A DNA stretch of 64,000 bases from positions 1 to 64,000 of the IMG/VR virus record IMGVR_UViG_3300025584_000449; one strand, given 5' to 3'. The DNA is from a virus. Positions 56,134 through 64,000 of this stretch are shown here, one piece after another; within the stretch, counting starts at the first letter, position 1; every line of letters starts with the position of its first letter. The notes under the pieces were generated by a model. It saw only the letters and a program-made list of their open reading frames with translations. It searched no databases and was not told where the DNA came from. The position numbers were made by a program, and so were the translations under genes.

Positions 56134-56208
56134 GGCGACTCATCTTGGATTCGAACCAAGGACAATCCGGTTAACAGCCGAACGCTCTACGCACTGAGCT
56201 AATGAGTC
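56134..56208 (-). tRNA. tRNA-Asn(GTT)
   Basis: Cloverleaf. Confidence 0.9.
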
Positions 56209-56210
56209 AA

Positions 56211-56285
56211 GGAGCCACCAGCAGGGATTGAACCCGCGACATCCTCATTACAAGTGAGGTGCTCTGCCAGCTGAGCTATGGTGGC
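56211..56285 (-). tRNA. tRNA-Thr(TGT)
   Basis: Cloverleaf. Confidence 0.9.
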
Positions 56286-56544
56286 ATTTCTCTCTAACGT
56301 TACATGCTAAGATTATTAGCATCATGCATATCTTTTTAACATGTTGTAGTTTGCTAGAGACAGGAGTGGCGAAATATCTTACGCCTTAGTCTTTGAATTT
56401 GTATATTATATAAAAATATATAATACGCTACTCCCTTAAAATTAAAACTTAGTTACCTAACAGCTTCACTCATCAGTACAAGTACTGACTTCGGGTCTTT
56501 CGAGGGTTCTGGTTTGTAACTCTTACTACAACCCTTTTTTCAGA

Positions 56545-56620
56545 GGTGCACGAAAATGGACTTGAACCATTGACCTTTCGGTTATCAGCCGAATGCTCTA
56601 ACCAACTGAGCTACCCGTGC
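56545..56620 (-). tRNA. tRNA-Ile(GAT)
   Basis: Cloverleaf. Confidence 0.9.
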
Positions 56621-56630
56621 AACCAGCAAT

Positions 56631-56873
56631 TTAACAATCGCAGACTGGTTCATCAAGCTCACTAGTGCTAGGATCTGTGTCCAGCATCTTAGCAATGACT
56701 CTGTCAGTCATGTTGTTGGCCTGACGAGTTCTCTCTTTGTCAAGCTCTAGGATAACTCGCTTATTAACTGCTTTGTTATTTCTAGTGACCCATCTGTGGA
56801 TCATCTCAAAAATCTTCGAACGTAGTCCCTTAATATCTCCGACTTGCTCTTCAACAATACTTCTGATATCCAA
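56631..56873 (-). CDS. Hypothetical protein
   Basis: 80-aa ORF with SD, between tRNAs. Confidence 0.5.
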   Translation of the reverse strand: MDIRSIVEEQVGDIKGLRSKIFEMIHRWVTRNNKAVNKRVILELDKERTRQANNMTDRVIAKMLDTDPSTSELDEPVCDC

Positions 56874-56895
56874 AGCATTTCTCCTGTTTATTGTT

Positions 56896-56988
56896 TGGTG
56901 TAGAGGGCAGGATTTGAACCTGCAGTGTTAGCTCTCGCATCATTCAGGGTTACAGCCTGACGCCTTCAACCAATTCGACCACCTCTAC
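56896..56988 (-). tRNA. tRNA-Tyr(GTA)
   Basis: Long variable arm; CCA encoded. Confidence 0.9.
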
Positions 56989-57209
56989 ATTAGTTTATTT
57001 CTTATACCTTAATTATCCGGAACGTGTGGCACCACATACAGTGCATTTATAATCCTTCGCACCCTCGTTGTGGACTCTCTTTCCTTTTCCATACTTCTCA
57101 TCCTGATACTTATGCTTACAAGAGCATCTCATGATCTTACCCAATTTATTCCTCCGGTCGTGAATTTTTAACAATAGCACCTATAAATACTAATAAAATA
57201 AACACTAAA

Positions 57210-57395
57210 CTATAAATTATAATCATTTTTCTCTTCTTTTGTTACTAACGATTTACGCCTTTCTACTTTAAACTTTGGTACTGCGTTACACCAAGGGCAA
57301 CTCCCGTGGTTTCTACAGGTTCTGTCAAAAGCTTTACATCCTCTATATGGTTTTCTCCAGTCTTTTCTATTCGGATAGACTTTATCAAATGACAC
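57210..57395 (-). CDS. Small basic Cys/His protein
   Basis: RKPYRGCKAFDRTCRNHGSCPWC. Confidence 0.55.
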   Translation of the reverse strand: MSFDKVYPNRKDWRKPYRGCKAFDRTCRNHGSCPWCNAVPKFKVERRKSLVTKEEKNDYNL

Positions 57396-57416
57396 TAAAC
57401 AACCTCCTAATTATAA

Positions 57417-57494
57417 GGCGGGAGCGACGAGACTCGAACTCGCAGTCGCCGGATCGACAGTCCGGTGCTTTACCAAAAGTTAAGCTACGCCCCC
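57417..57494 (-). tRNA. tRNA-Asp(GTC)
   Basis: Cloverleaf. Confidence 0.9.
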
Positions 57495-57496
57495 AA

Positions 57497-57571
57497 GGTG
57501 GCTTCGGGAGGGATTGAACCTCCGACGCCGGGATCTTCAATCCCGCGCTCTACCAACTGAGCTACAAAGCC
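57497..57571 (-). tRNA. tRNA-Phe(GAA)
   Basis: Cloverleaf. Confidence 0.9.
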
Positions 57572-57625
57572 AAAAATCTCCAGTCCTTAGACCAGAGATT
57601 ATACTAAAAAATAATATATATAAAT

Positions 57626-58045
57626 CTACGGCTTAGGATCAATATAATCTCTTCTGTGCTCTTCGTAATGTAAAATATGGTGACAATTCGAACATAATAA
57701 TATGCATTTGTCTAATTCCTTCTTTAGTGAAGTCCATTTACGAGTTAAGCCGATAGAGGATATCGGAAAAGATTTTTGTTTGGGGTCCACGTGGTGGAAT
57801 GTGAGTGCTGCACGATGTTGGTCATATCCGCACTTTTCACATTTACCCCCTTTGTAAGCAATAGCTTTTAATTTAGATTGGTGTCTTCTTTTAGACACAC
57901 CGAATTTATTTTTACATGACTTAGAGCAAAAACGTTGTTGTTTACCCTCTAAAAGAGTTTCACACCAAATGCATTTTTTAAGCTGGCCATTCTTCTTGCC
58001 ATTCTTACCATTCTTGCCGTTGCGATGTCCGTTAGTTCGACTCAT
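57626..58045 (-). CDS. HNH homing endonuclease, paralog of 37822-38187
   Basis: CIWC...FCSKSC; KCEKCGY...LTFHH...CILLCSNCH. Confidence 0.85.
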   Translation of the reverse strand: MSRTNGHRNGKNGKNGKKNGQLKKCIWCETLLEGKQQRFCSKSCKNKFGVSKRRHQSKLKAIAYKGGKCEKCGYDQHRAALTFHHVDPKQKSFPISSIGLTRKWTSLKKELDKCILLCSNCHHILHYEEHRRDYIDPKP

Positions 58046-58051
58046 ATAATT

Positions 58052-58080
58052 AATATATGAAGCGAGTTAGCTCTTGTCAA
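58052..58080 (-). promoter_or_regulatory. sigma70-like promoter, probably giving a leaderless HNH mRNA
   Basis: TTGACA-N17-TATATT with 6 nt between the -10 element and the ATG at 58045. Confidence 0.7.
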
Positions 58081-58135
58081 GAAAAAAAGATAAAAAAGGG
58101 GTGTTAACCCCTTTTTTAAAACAACTGTCCTATGC

Positions 58136-58471
58136 CTATCGGTGCTTCCTTTGAAGTAGCATGTAAGACTTACGGACATGCTTGAAGTCGTCGTCGGTCT
58201 CGGCTTCTTTGATACCTGAGATGAGTTCATCGACTTCCTCGATGTCGTCCTCGTCCTCGAGGGACCCCTTGAACGCATTGAGCTTGTCAACCATCTTGTT
58301 GGTGAGAACCTCAACGCGTTTCTCACTCGCCATGTTCCCGACAGCTTCGGCGGCTTTATAGCCAAGCATTACACCAAACACTGCAAACAGCGTTGTGGTG
58401 AAGGCGGCAACAACGCTGCCACCAAGTTCTGACATAGTATAGCTTCCGCTACTATGATCTATCTGTTGCAT
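58136..58471 (-). CDS. Membrane-anchored hypothetical protein
   Basis: TM segment, acidic C-terminus, GC-richer codons. Confidence 0.55.
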   Translation of the reverse strand: MQQIDHSSGSYTMSELGGSVVAAFTTTLFAVFGVMLGYKAAEAVGNMASEKRVEVLTNKMVDKLNAFKGSLEDEDDIEEVDELISGIKEAETDDDFKHVRKSYMLLQRKHR

Positions 58472-58577
58472 TGGTAACTCCTTGTTAATGTGTTAGATCT
58501 ACCACATTATTCTTATACCTATTTTAAGCTAAAAAATTTTGAATTATAGCTAAAAAAGACCTCAATTGAGGTCTTGC

Positions 58578-58663
58578 GGTACCGGTACCCGGACTTGAAC
58601 CGGGACGCCCATGACGGGCAACGGATTTTAAGTCCGTAGTGTCTGCCATTCCACCATACCGGC
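58578..58663 (-). tRNA. tRNA-Leu(TAA)
   Basis: Cloverleaf with long variable arm. Confidence 0.9.
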
Positions 58664-58664
58664 A

Positions 58665-59515
58665 TATCCAAATAGTGAGTAACCTGAGATTATGGTTCCT
58701 CGTCTGATGACCTTTCGCACTCCGTACAGAACAAGGGCAACCCATTCCTTAAAGGCTTATCCACTAGAATTTCTCCTAGTATTCATCACTGGCTGATATT
58801 TAAGGCTATCACTACCTATCACCCTGATTAGCTTACGCCACTCCAACACACTTGACCCTGGCCAGGGCTTCGAATGTTATCATGACGACCTCTCTTTTGC
58901 CTTGCGAGCTAGGAGAGACTGTACGACTCTGAGAGCTACAGTGTTAGCCAGCTTCTTGAATCGGGGCGTGTCAGAACTTTTGCTTTATATTAGTTTGAAA
59001 TAACCATTTCAAGTGGTGATCCTTTTTGATCATGACCGGCGCTGACTTCCCTTTATACAACTTTCGAAGTACAAAATAGGAACCAGCCACTGACTCTGGG
59101 GTTAGCAGATTCGATGGTATACTATCACAGCCTTCTCAGGCTACGATTTATATAACAATGCCATTAAGCTCTAACTACAACCTGCAGCTCGAACAAAATA
59201 ACTTATATCCTTAGTACGAGTTTCTTCCGTTGGTCAAGGCTCGTAGGTGACCAAACCCACGACGCACTGCAATAGTGCTTACCTCTTTGGAATTCCCTCC
59301 CGCTAGATCCACATTACATGAATCAACCTCGCCCTGAAGGCGGCCCAGCATCAGATTGAAGTCCTAAAGACGCAGTGCATAAATGTTCCGACACAGTCAG
59401 ACTGTGCTGGCGAGAATAGCATCACCTATTCCCCTTTTCCAATGTCACCATTGGTATTCTAACGACATCATGCTGCCGTCGAGCCAATTAGTTTAAAAAC
59501 TAATGACTCGAATGT
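58665..59515 (-). ncRNA. Large (~850 nt) structured ncRNA candidate, GOLLD/ROOL-like by size and context
   Basis: No credible ORF, GC-richer, many hairpins; starts just after GGTATAAGAA (59520-29) and ends at tRNA-Leu. Confidence 0.55.
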
Positions 59516-59537
59516 AAGATTCTTATACCAGAATTTA

Positions 59538-59996
59538 TTAAAAAATTAATAAACCCTTTTTGACTCCCCAATTATTTGCTTCTTCTCTAGTAGGATGCCA
59601 GATATCAACGTAGTCTTTATATCTTTTATTCATAGCATCCTCTACTATAAATGGACCTAGAGAATCTCCATCTATAATAATATAAATCTCATGTCCCCAA
59701 TCAAATGGGGCTTCAGCATCAAACTTCTTTAGTAGATTTCTACTGAGAGCTATCACTCCCCGCTCTACACGTTTATTTGATGCAGTGATAAATGGATCAT
59801 CATCACATTGGTCAACTGTAGAAGAATAAGCAGTAATAGTTACTGGAATAGTTACTATCTCTACTGTGTCCACTACCGCTGGAACAACAGTAATTAATGT
59901 GTCTGCCATAGCCTCTTGGGTTGGCAATACTTTACTGGAAGTCACAGGTATAGATAATATAAATAATAATACTATAAAAATCAAATAAATTTTCAT
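59538..59996 (-). CDS. 3D-domain (RlpA/MltA-like) secreted protein
   Basis: Signal/TM segment; ITAYSS...DPFITAS...IALSR...VED....VDIW. Confidence 0.8.
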   Translation of the reverse strand: MKIYLIFIVLLFILSIPVTSSKVLPTQEAMADTLITVVPAVVDTVEIVTIPVTITAYSSTVDQCDDDPFITASNKRVERGVIALSRNLLKKFDAEAPFDWGHEIYIIIDGDSLGPFIVEDAMNKRYKDYVDIWHPTREEANNWGVKKGLLIF

Positions 59997-60424
59997 TATT
60001 CCTCAATTATATCCACTTTTATGTTACAATCCATTAAGTATTGCACTCCATCAGGACATGCATCTTGGTTTCTAGCCTGTTTGTTATAGCATACTACGCG
60101 CACTATACCTACATTAGCAATAGATTTAGCACAATACATGCAAGGTCTAACGGTTACATATATTGTTGCTCCTTCTAAGGCTTTACCACCTTCCTTAGCT
60201 AAATACTCTATTGCGTTTGTTTCTGAATGTATTTCATCTAGCTCATAGGATCCTTCTCTTTTATCTTTACCTAGCTTAGGATCCCAACCATTATATCCTG
60301 TAGAAATAGTTCTATTATTCTTGATAATAGCTGCTCCTACTTGAAATGGTACTTTAGATCGTCGAGCATACACCTTTGCTACATCCATATGTGTTTCATC
60401 CCAAGATGGTCTACTATCTATCAT
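59996..60424 (-). CDS. dCMP deaminase
   Basis: HSETNAI and PCMYC zinc motifs. Confidence 0.9.
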   Translation of the reverse strand: MIDSRPSWDETHMDVAKVYARRSKVPFQVGAAIIKNNRTISTGYNGWDPKLGKDKREGSYELDEIHSETNAIEYLAKEGGKALEGATIYVTVRPCMYCAKSIANVGIVRVVCYNKQARNQDACPDGVQYLMDCNIKVDIIEE

Positions 60425-61209
60425 GGTGTTTTAATCCTTAATAGGCTACCCCATGGGTTGCATATTTTTTGATAGTCACACCATTTACATAAGAACTGTG
60501 CATTCTTTTCAAACTCGTTAGACTCTATGGACCGAAGAATGGAAGACCACACATCATCCATTTTACGAATAGGGATATCCTTCGTAACTGTTTCATCATC
60601 CTCAATCATATACTGTTTGATGTTAACTCTAAAGGGAGGTTCTGATTGTTGCATGACTAGTATCTTAGATGTTGGCAGTTTATCCCATCCAGGCTTTTTT
60701 ACCAACGGTTTCTTTTGCAATACACTTTCATGCCACACAGACTCATACAGTTCGAGCTGATCTAAGTATTTCTTTGGATAGGGTTTCTTTCCAGTCTTTA
60801 TCTCTATGAGGTGTATGTTGCCATCAGCATCCATACCAACTATATCAATAAACCCTTTAATAATTAAACCAACAGGGGTAACAAAATTAAACTCTACTTC
60901 ATTCATTTGGAACTGAGCAATTGCGTTGTCATACACACTAGTGTCAGCTTCAGTCCACGCATGTTGTAGTTCTTGAAGTAAAGTTAGTGTTTCTATTCCA
61001 GCAGCTTTTTCAAATTCCTCTTCAGACATATATGGGTCATCTTGTAGCCACCCATGAAATGCATTACCAAGATGTAGGAAATAGCTTAGAGGAGCTTTCT
61101 CCACTGGTGTCTTCCATACTTTACGGTGAGCGAATTTGTGCGCACATGATTTATACTCCTTCATCGCACTAAAAGACATGTGCGGAGGAATGTTATTTAG
61201 ATTTGACAT
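60421..61209 (-). CDS. PD-(D/E)XK exonuclease (Cas4/RecB-like)
   Basis: SFS...YKSC; GFIDIV; IEIKTGK; QLELY; CKWCDYQKIC. Confidence 0.88.
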   Translation of the reverse strand: MSNLNNIPPHMSFSAMKEYKSCAHKFAHRKVWKTPVEKAPLSYFLHLGNAFHGWLQDDPYMSEEEFEKAAGIETLTLLQELQHAWTEADTSVYDNAIAQFQMNEVEFNFVTPVGLIIKGFIDIVGMDADGNIHLIEIKTGKKPYPKKYLDQLELYESVWHESVLQKKPLVKKPGWDKLPTSKILVMQQSEPPFRVNIKQYMIEDDETVTKDIPIRKMDDVWSSILRSIESNEFEKNAQFLCKWCDYQKICNPWGSLLRIKTP

Positions 61210-61393
61210 TTACTTTGCGTTTCTTTCTTTTCGTTCTCTTTGGCTGTGCTATGCCTGCATAAAATTTCTTTATGCTCTCTGATTCAGCGACATCACCAGC
61301 AATGCCCCCGCAAGCAGGGCACTTTGGCATTTTTGCTGGTTTTGTTTTTAGTGACCAGTCATTACCACACGCACAAATGTATATGTATATCAT
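61193..61393 (-). CDS. Small zinc-ribbon protein
   Basis: CACG...CPACGG. Confidence 0.6.
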   Translation of the reverse strand: MIYIYICACGNDWSLKTKPAKMPKCPACGGIAGDVAESESIKKFYAGIAQPKRTKRKKRKVNVKSK

Positions 61394-61780
61394 CTACATA
61401 AACTCTTGTGCTTGCGCTGATAAATTAACCGTTGCTTTGAACTCAAAACTTTTCATCGTGTATTCATGTCCACATTGAGGGCAAAGAATTTTTATAGCCC
61501 ACCAACTGTAGAGCCTATGATAAAACTTTATGATCTCTGGAAGTCCGCCCTTACCACATTCATCACAAGAGGTCATGATAGTGGCATGCTTGTGTGGAAC
61601 AAGGGTAGCTTCTTCTTGAATCATATGTTTTAATCGTAGAAGTTCTCTCTCAGTATTATCCAACTCATCAAAAAGTTTTTTTGCTGCTTCAACTATTTGC
61701 TTTTGTTTAGCCTTTTCCCTCTTAGCAAGATTAAGGGCTTTATTAACTTCTTTTTCAGTGAATTCACTCAGATCGGACAT
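61394..61780 (-). CDS. Coiled-coil plus zinc-ribbon protein
   Basis: CDECG...CPQCG. Confidence 0.55.
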   Translation of the reverse strand: MSDLSEFTEKEVNKALNLAKREKAKQKQIVEAAKKLFDELDNTERELLRLKHMIQEEATLVPHKHATIMTSCDECGKGGLPEIIKFYHRLYSWWAIKILCPQCGHEYTMKSFEFKATVNLSAQAQEFM

Positions 61781-61783
61781 TGT

Positions 61784-62137
61784 TTAAACCTCGATTGTTG
61801 CAGCTTCGATACTTCTCGGCCTAACGCCCATTTCTGTTAAGAATTCTGTGATGTCTTTTCTAAGGGTAATGTCAACATCGTTAGGAAGATCTACGGTGAC
61901 GCCGTATTCTTTGCTGTTAGTGCGGCCCTCAGCTTTGATTCTACCTTTGGACTTAATGAAGTGATCATTGGTAGAACAAATAGATACAGCATAAAAAACT
62001 TTCCGCTCTACATCGTCTACTCTAAAGCATTCCGTGTAAGCCCTAGCTTCGTTTGCAGTGCCGCAATAACAAACTGTAGCGTCTACTGCATGAGGTGTCT
62101 CAAACCTGATATGGTTAAAAAATGTTAATGATTTCAT
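61784..62137 (-). CDS. Hypothetical protein
   Basis: VSICSTNDHFIKSKGRIKAEGR. Confidence 0.55.
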   Translation of the reverse strand: MKSLTFFNHIRFETPHAVDATVCYCGTANEARAYTECFRVDDVERKVFYAVSICSTNDHFIKSKGRIKAEGRTNSKEYGVTVDLPNDVDITLRKDITEFLTEMGVRPRSIEAATIEV

Positions 62138-62139
62138 AA

Positions 62140-62679
62140 TTATCTCCGAACAATTTTATAAGGTGTTCCCATTTTGGGATGTAATTCAATGTCATACCAA
62201 AAATAATTGCTTGACATCTTTTTTATTGTTTCTTCTGGTACTTTGTGTACGTTGCGTTTGGTCAATTCATCTAACAAAGATTTAGTAAATTTTACACCCT
62301 TTTTCTTAAAAAGGTCTTCGTGCATATCTACTATCTCTACTGTATATCCCATTTTGTGTAAATCAAAATATACATTCATCTCACTTATAGAGATGTTCGT
62401 GTTATCTATAATAACTATGTCAGTCTTTTCATATACAGCAGAATGTGCTTTATAAAAACAAGACTGGTGAGCTTGACCGGCACGACTTTTAACGTACCTA
62501 TACTCACCAGTCTCTTTATCAATATGATGATCGTCAGCAGAACATACCACAACAGATTTTTTATCTTTCTTTGCGGCCTCTATTAGTTCTTTTACTTTAG
62601 TGGATTTACCAGAACCAGGAAGCCCCCTCATGATAACAATCTTTGGTAATATTCTCTTTTCTTTCTTATCTTTTGTCAC
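62140..62679 (-). CDS. P-loop kinase (polynucleotide kinase/AAA_33-like)
   Basis: IMRGLPGSGKST, CSADD, VIIDNTN. Confidence 0.85.
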   Translation of the reverse strand: MTKDKKEKRILPKIVIMRGLPGSGKSTKVKELIEAAKKDKKSVVVCSADDHHIDKETGEYRYVKSRAGQAHQSCFYKAHSAVYEKTDIVIIDNTNISISEMNVYFDLHKMGYTVEIVDMHEDLFKKKGVKFTKSLLDELTKRNVHKVPEETIKKMSSNYFWYDIELHPKMGTPYKIVRR

Positions 62680-63031
62680 TACGGTATAATCCTTATGTTA
62701 ATATAAAGAAAATGTTGAGTATGTCATCACTCAATCCTATATTTCTTATACCGCTAAAAAGAAGGTTTTTGACCTGTCATAGTCAGCCAACAACGCTTCC
62801 AGAAAGGCTTAGACTTGTATCGTCTTTTCTCTAATCTTATACTCCAACAATTGTTTGGATTAGAATGAACAATGCCTTTTCGCTCCTCTTTCCTTCTGCG
62901 CTTTTGTATAAACTCATCAGTATTCATACTACCTCGCTTGTTAGGGCAGAGCTAACTCATTATGAGTAGCTCTCTTAGAGAAGATGTCCTAAATAATAGA
63001 CAGTGTTCTCCGTGCTGCTAGATAACCTTTT

Positions 63032-63060
63032 AATATAAGAAAATACATATAAAAAGTCAA
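63032..63060 (-). promoter_or_regulatory. sigma70-like promoter
   Basis: TTGACT-N17-TATATT. Confidence 0.7.
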
Positions 63061-63426
63061 GAGAGACCTGTAAATACAGGTCCCTCTTTTTAAGTTACAG
63101 TTTGTTCATATGACTACAAATCGGATTATACGGGCTATCCAGTAGTTCTGGATGATCTCGCAAATCCGCCTCTTGCTCAGTTGTAATGTACCTTGGAGGT
63201 TCATAGAAGTCGTCAATAATGACTAGTTCTTCATGATCAACCAAGGCCCCACCAATCACAACTGTATCTGTCATACTCTGACCTACCCTTGTGCTTCTAA
63301 ACTTTTAAAACGACACTACCACTTAAAGTTCTTATACCCTAAAAGAAGGAGAGAGATTTCTCTCTCTCCTCCCGAGGAGAGGCCGGTAGGTAGATATTAG
63401 GAGCACCAACATCTTAACCTCTCACT

Positions 63427-63651
63427 CTATGAAATGTTATTTGATTTCTTCTTTGCTGTGCTCAGCAAAGGAATCAAAGACACAATGCTCGTATCTTCTT
63501 TCGGAGGGATAGGAGCCATATTTTGTAGTTGCCTAATATGCTCATCCCTGCGCTGTATTCTAAGTTCAAGAGTTCTATGTTTATTTACATAGTAAGCTCT
63601 CATACTTAGCAGAGTAATCAGAAACACTGCTCCCAATAGCAAATAAATCAT
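63427..63651 (-). CDS. Small membrane protein
   Basis: N-terminal TM helix; SD GGAGG. Confidence 0.55.
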   Translation of the reverse strand: MIYLLLGAVFLITLLSMRAYYVNKHRTLELRIQRRDEHIRQLQNMAPIPPKEDTSIVSLIPLLSTAKKKSNNIS

Positions 63652-64000
63652 ATGACCTCCTCTCTATTCTTATGCCAATATTTAAGATAAAAAGAAGGAA
63701 GGTCGCTTAGCGTCCCTCCCTCTATCATCTAATCATAGTATCTTTATAATTATTGTAAATGCTAAAGAGTCCTAAGGCTCTCCACACCCAGCAGACCATT
63801 ATTCACTAGAAGTATTCGTTCCCGTTAGCGTACTAGATAAGGAACAACCACATTAGCTGCCTCAAGTGCTCAACGCGTTAAATGTTATCTAATGGGGTCT
63901 TAACTGTTTACCCCGTAACCGAGGTATGGTTCACATATTTTAATAGTTTTAAATCTACCTAGTTCAACCATATTCCTGTTTAAACATTATTGTGCCTCTT

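Noticed and set aside
56468-56505. Hammerhead ribozyme (CTGATGAG and CGAAAG on the minus strand)
   Set aside because: Stem II cannot be formed and the GAAA-N/UH geometry is wrong.
60421-61209. Cas4 of a CRISPR system
   Set aside because: No array or other cas genes in the window; stand-alone Cas4-like nucleases are common in phages.
1-64000. Alternative genetic code (stop-codon reassignment)
   Set aside because: Long conserved genes are intact in code 11, TAG and TGA end genes at expected places, and no suppressor tRNA was found.

Overview
A 64-kb piece of an AT-rich large (jumbo-type) phage genome read in the standard genetic code. 1-20.3 kb (+) is a virion and lysis module: a tail fibre with 63-bp tandem repeats and a C-terminal Hint domain, three LamG proteins, an amidase endolysin, an actin-like ATPase, a single mitochondrial-carrier-like repeat and a probable portal. 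20.3-29.1 kb (-) holds a glycosyltransferase, a ~700-bp non-coding element packed with different 6-bp palindromes (a 'natural polylinker'), and a MoxR AAA + VWA pair followed directly by a complete retron (msr-msd ncRNA + RT). 29.4-35.4 kb (+) is a fused beta-beta' RNA polymerase. 35.8-64 kb (mostly -) holds 23 tRNA genes covering 19 amino acids (tRNA-Lys is split by a group I intron with a homing endonuclease). It also holds a tmRNA reduced to its tRNA-like domain, several other small structured RNAs, an ~850-nt structured RNA, thyX, purA, clpP, a cold-shock protein, a sigma factor, DNA ligase, dCMP deaminase and four free-standing HNH genes. A 10-bp motif, GGTATAAGAA, recurs eight times upstream of minus-strand transcription units. 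The best candidates for undescribed biology are the phage retron in a MoxR-VWA operon, the palindrome-rich element and the mini-tmRNA. All calls were made by eye; no searches or folding programs were run.
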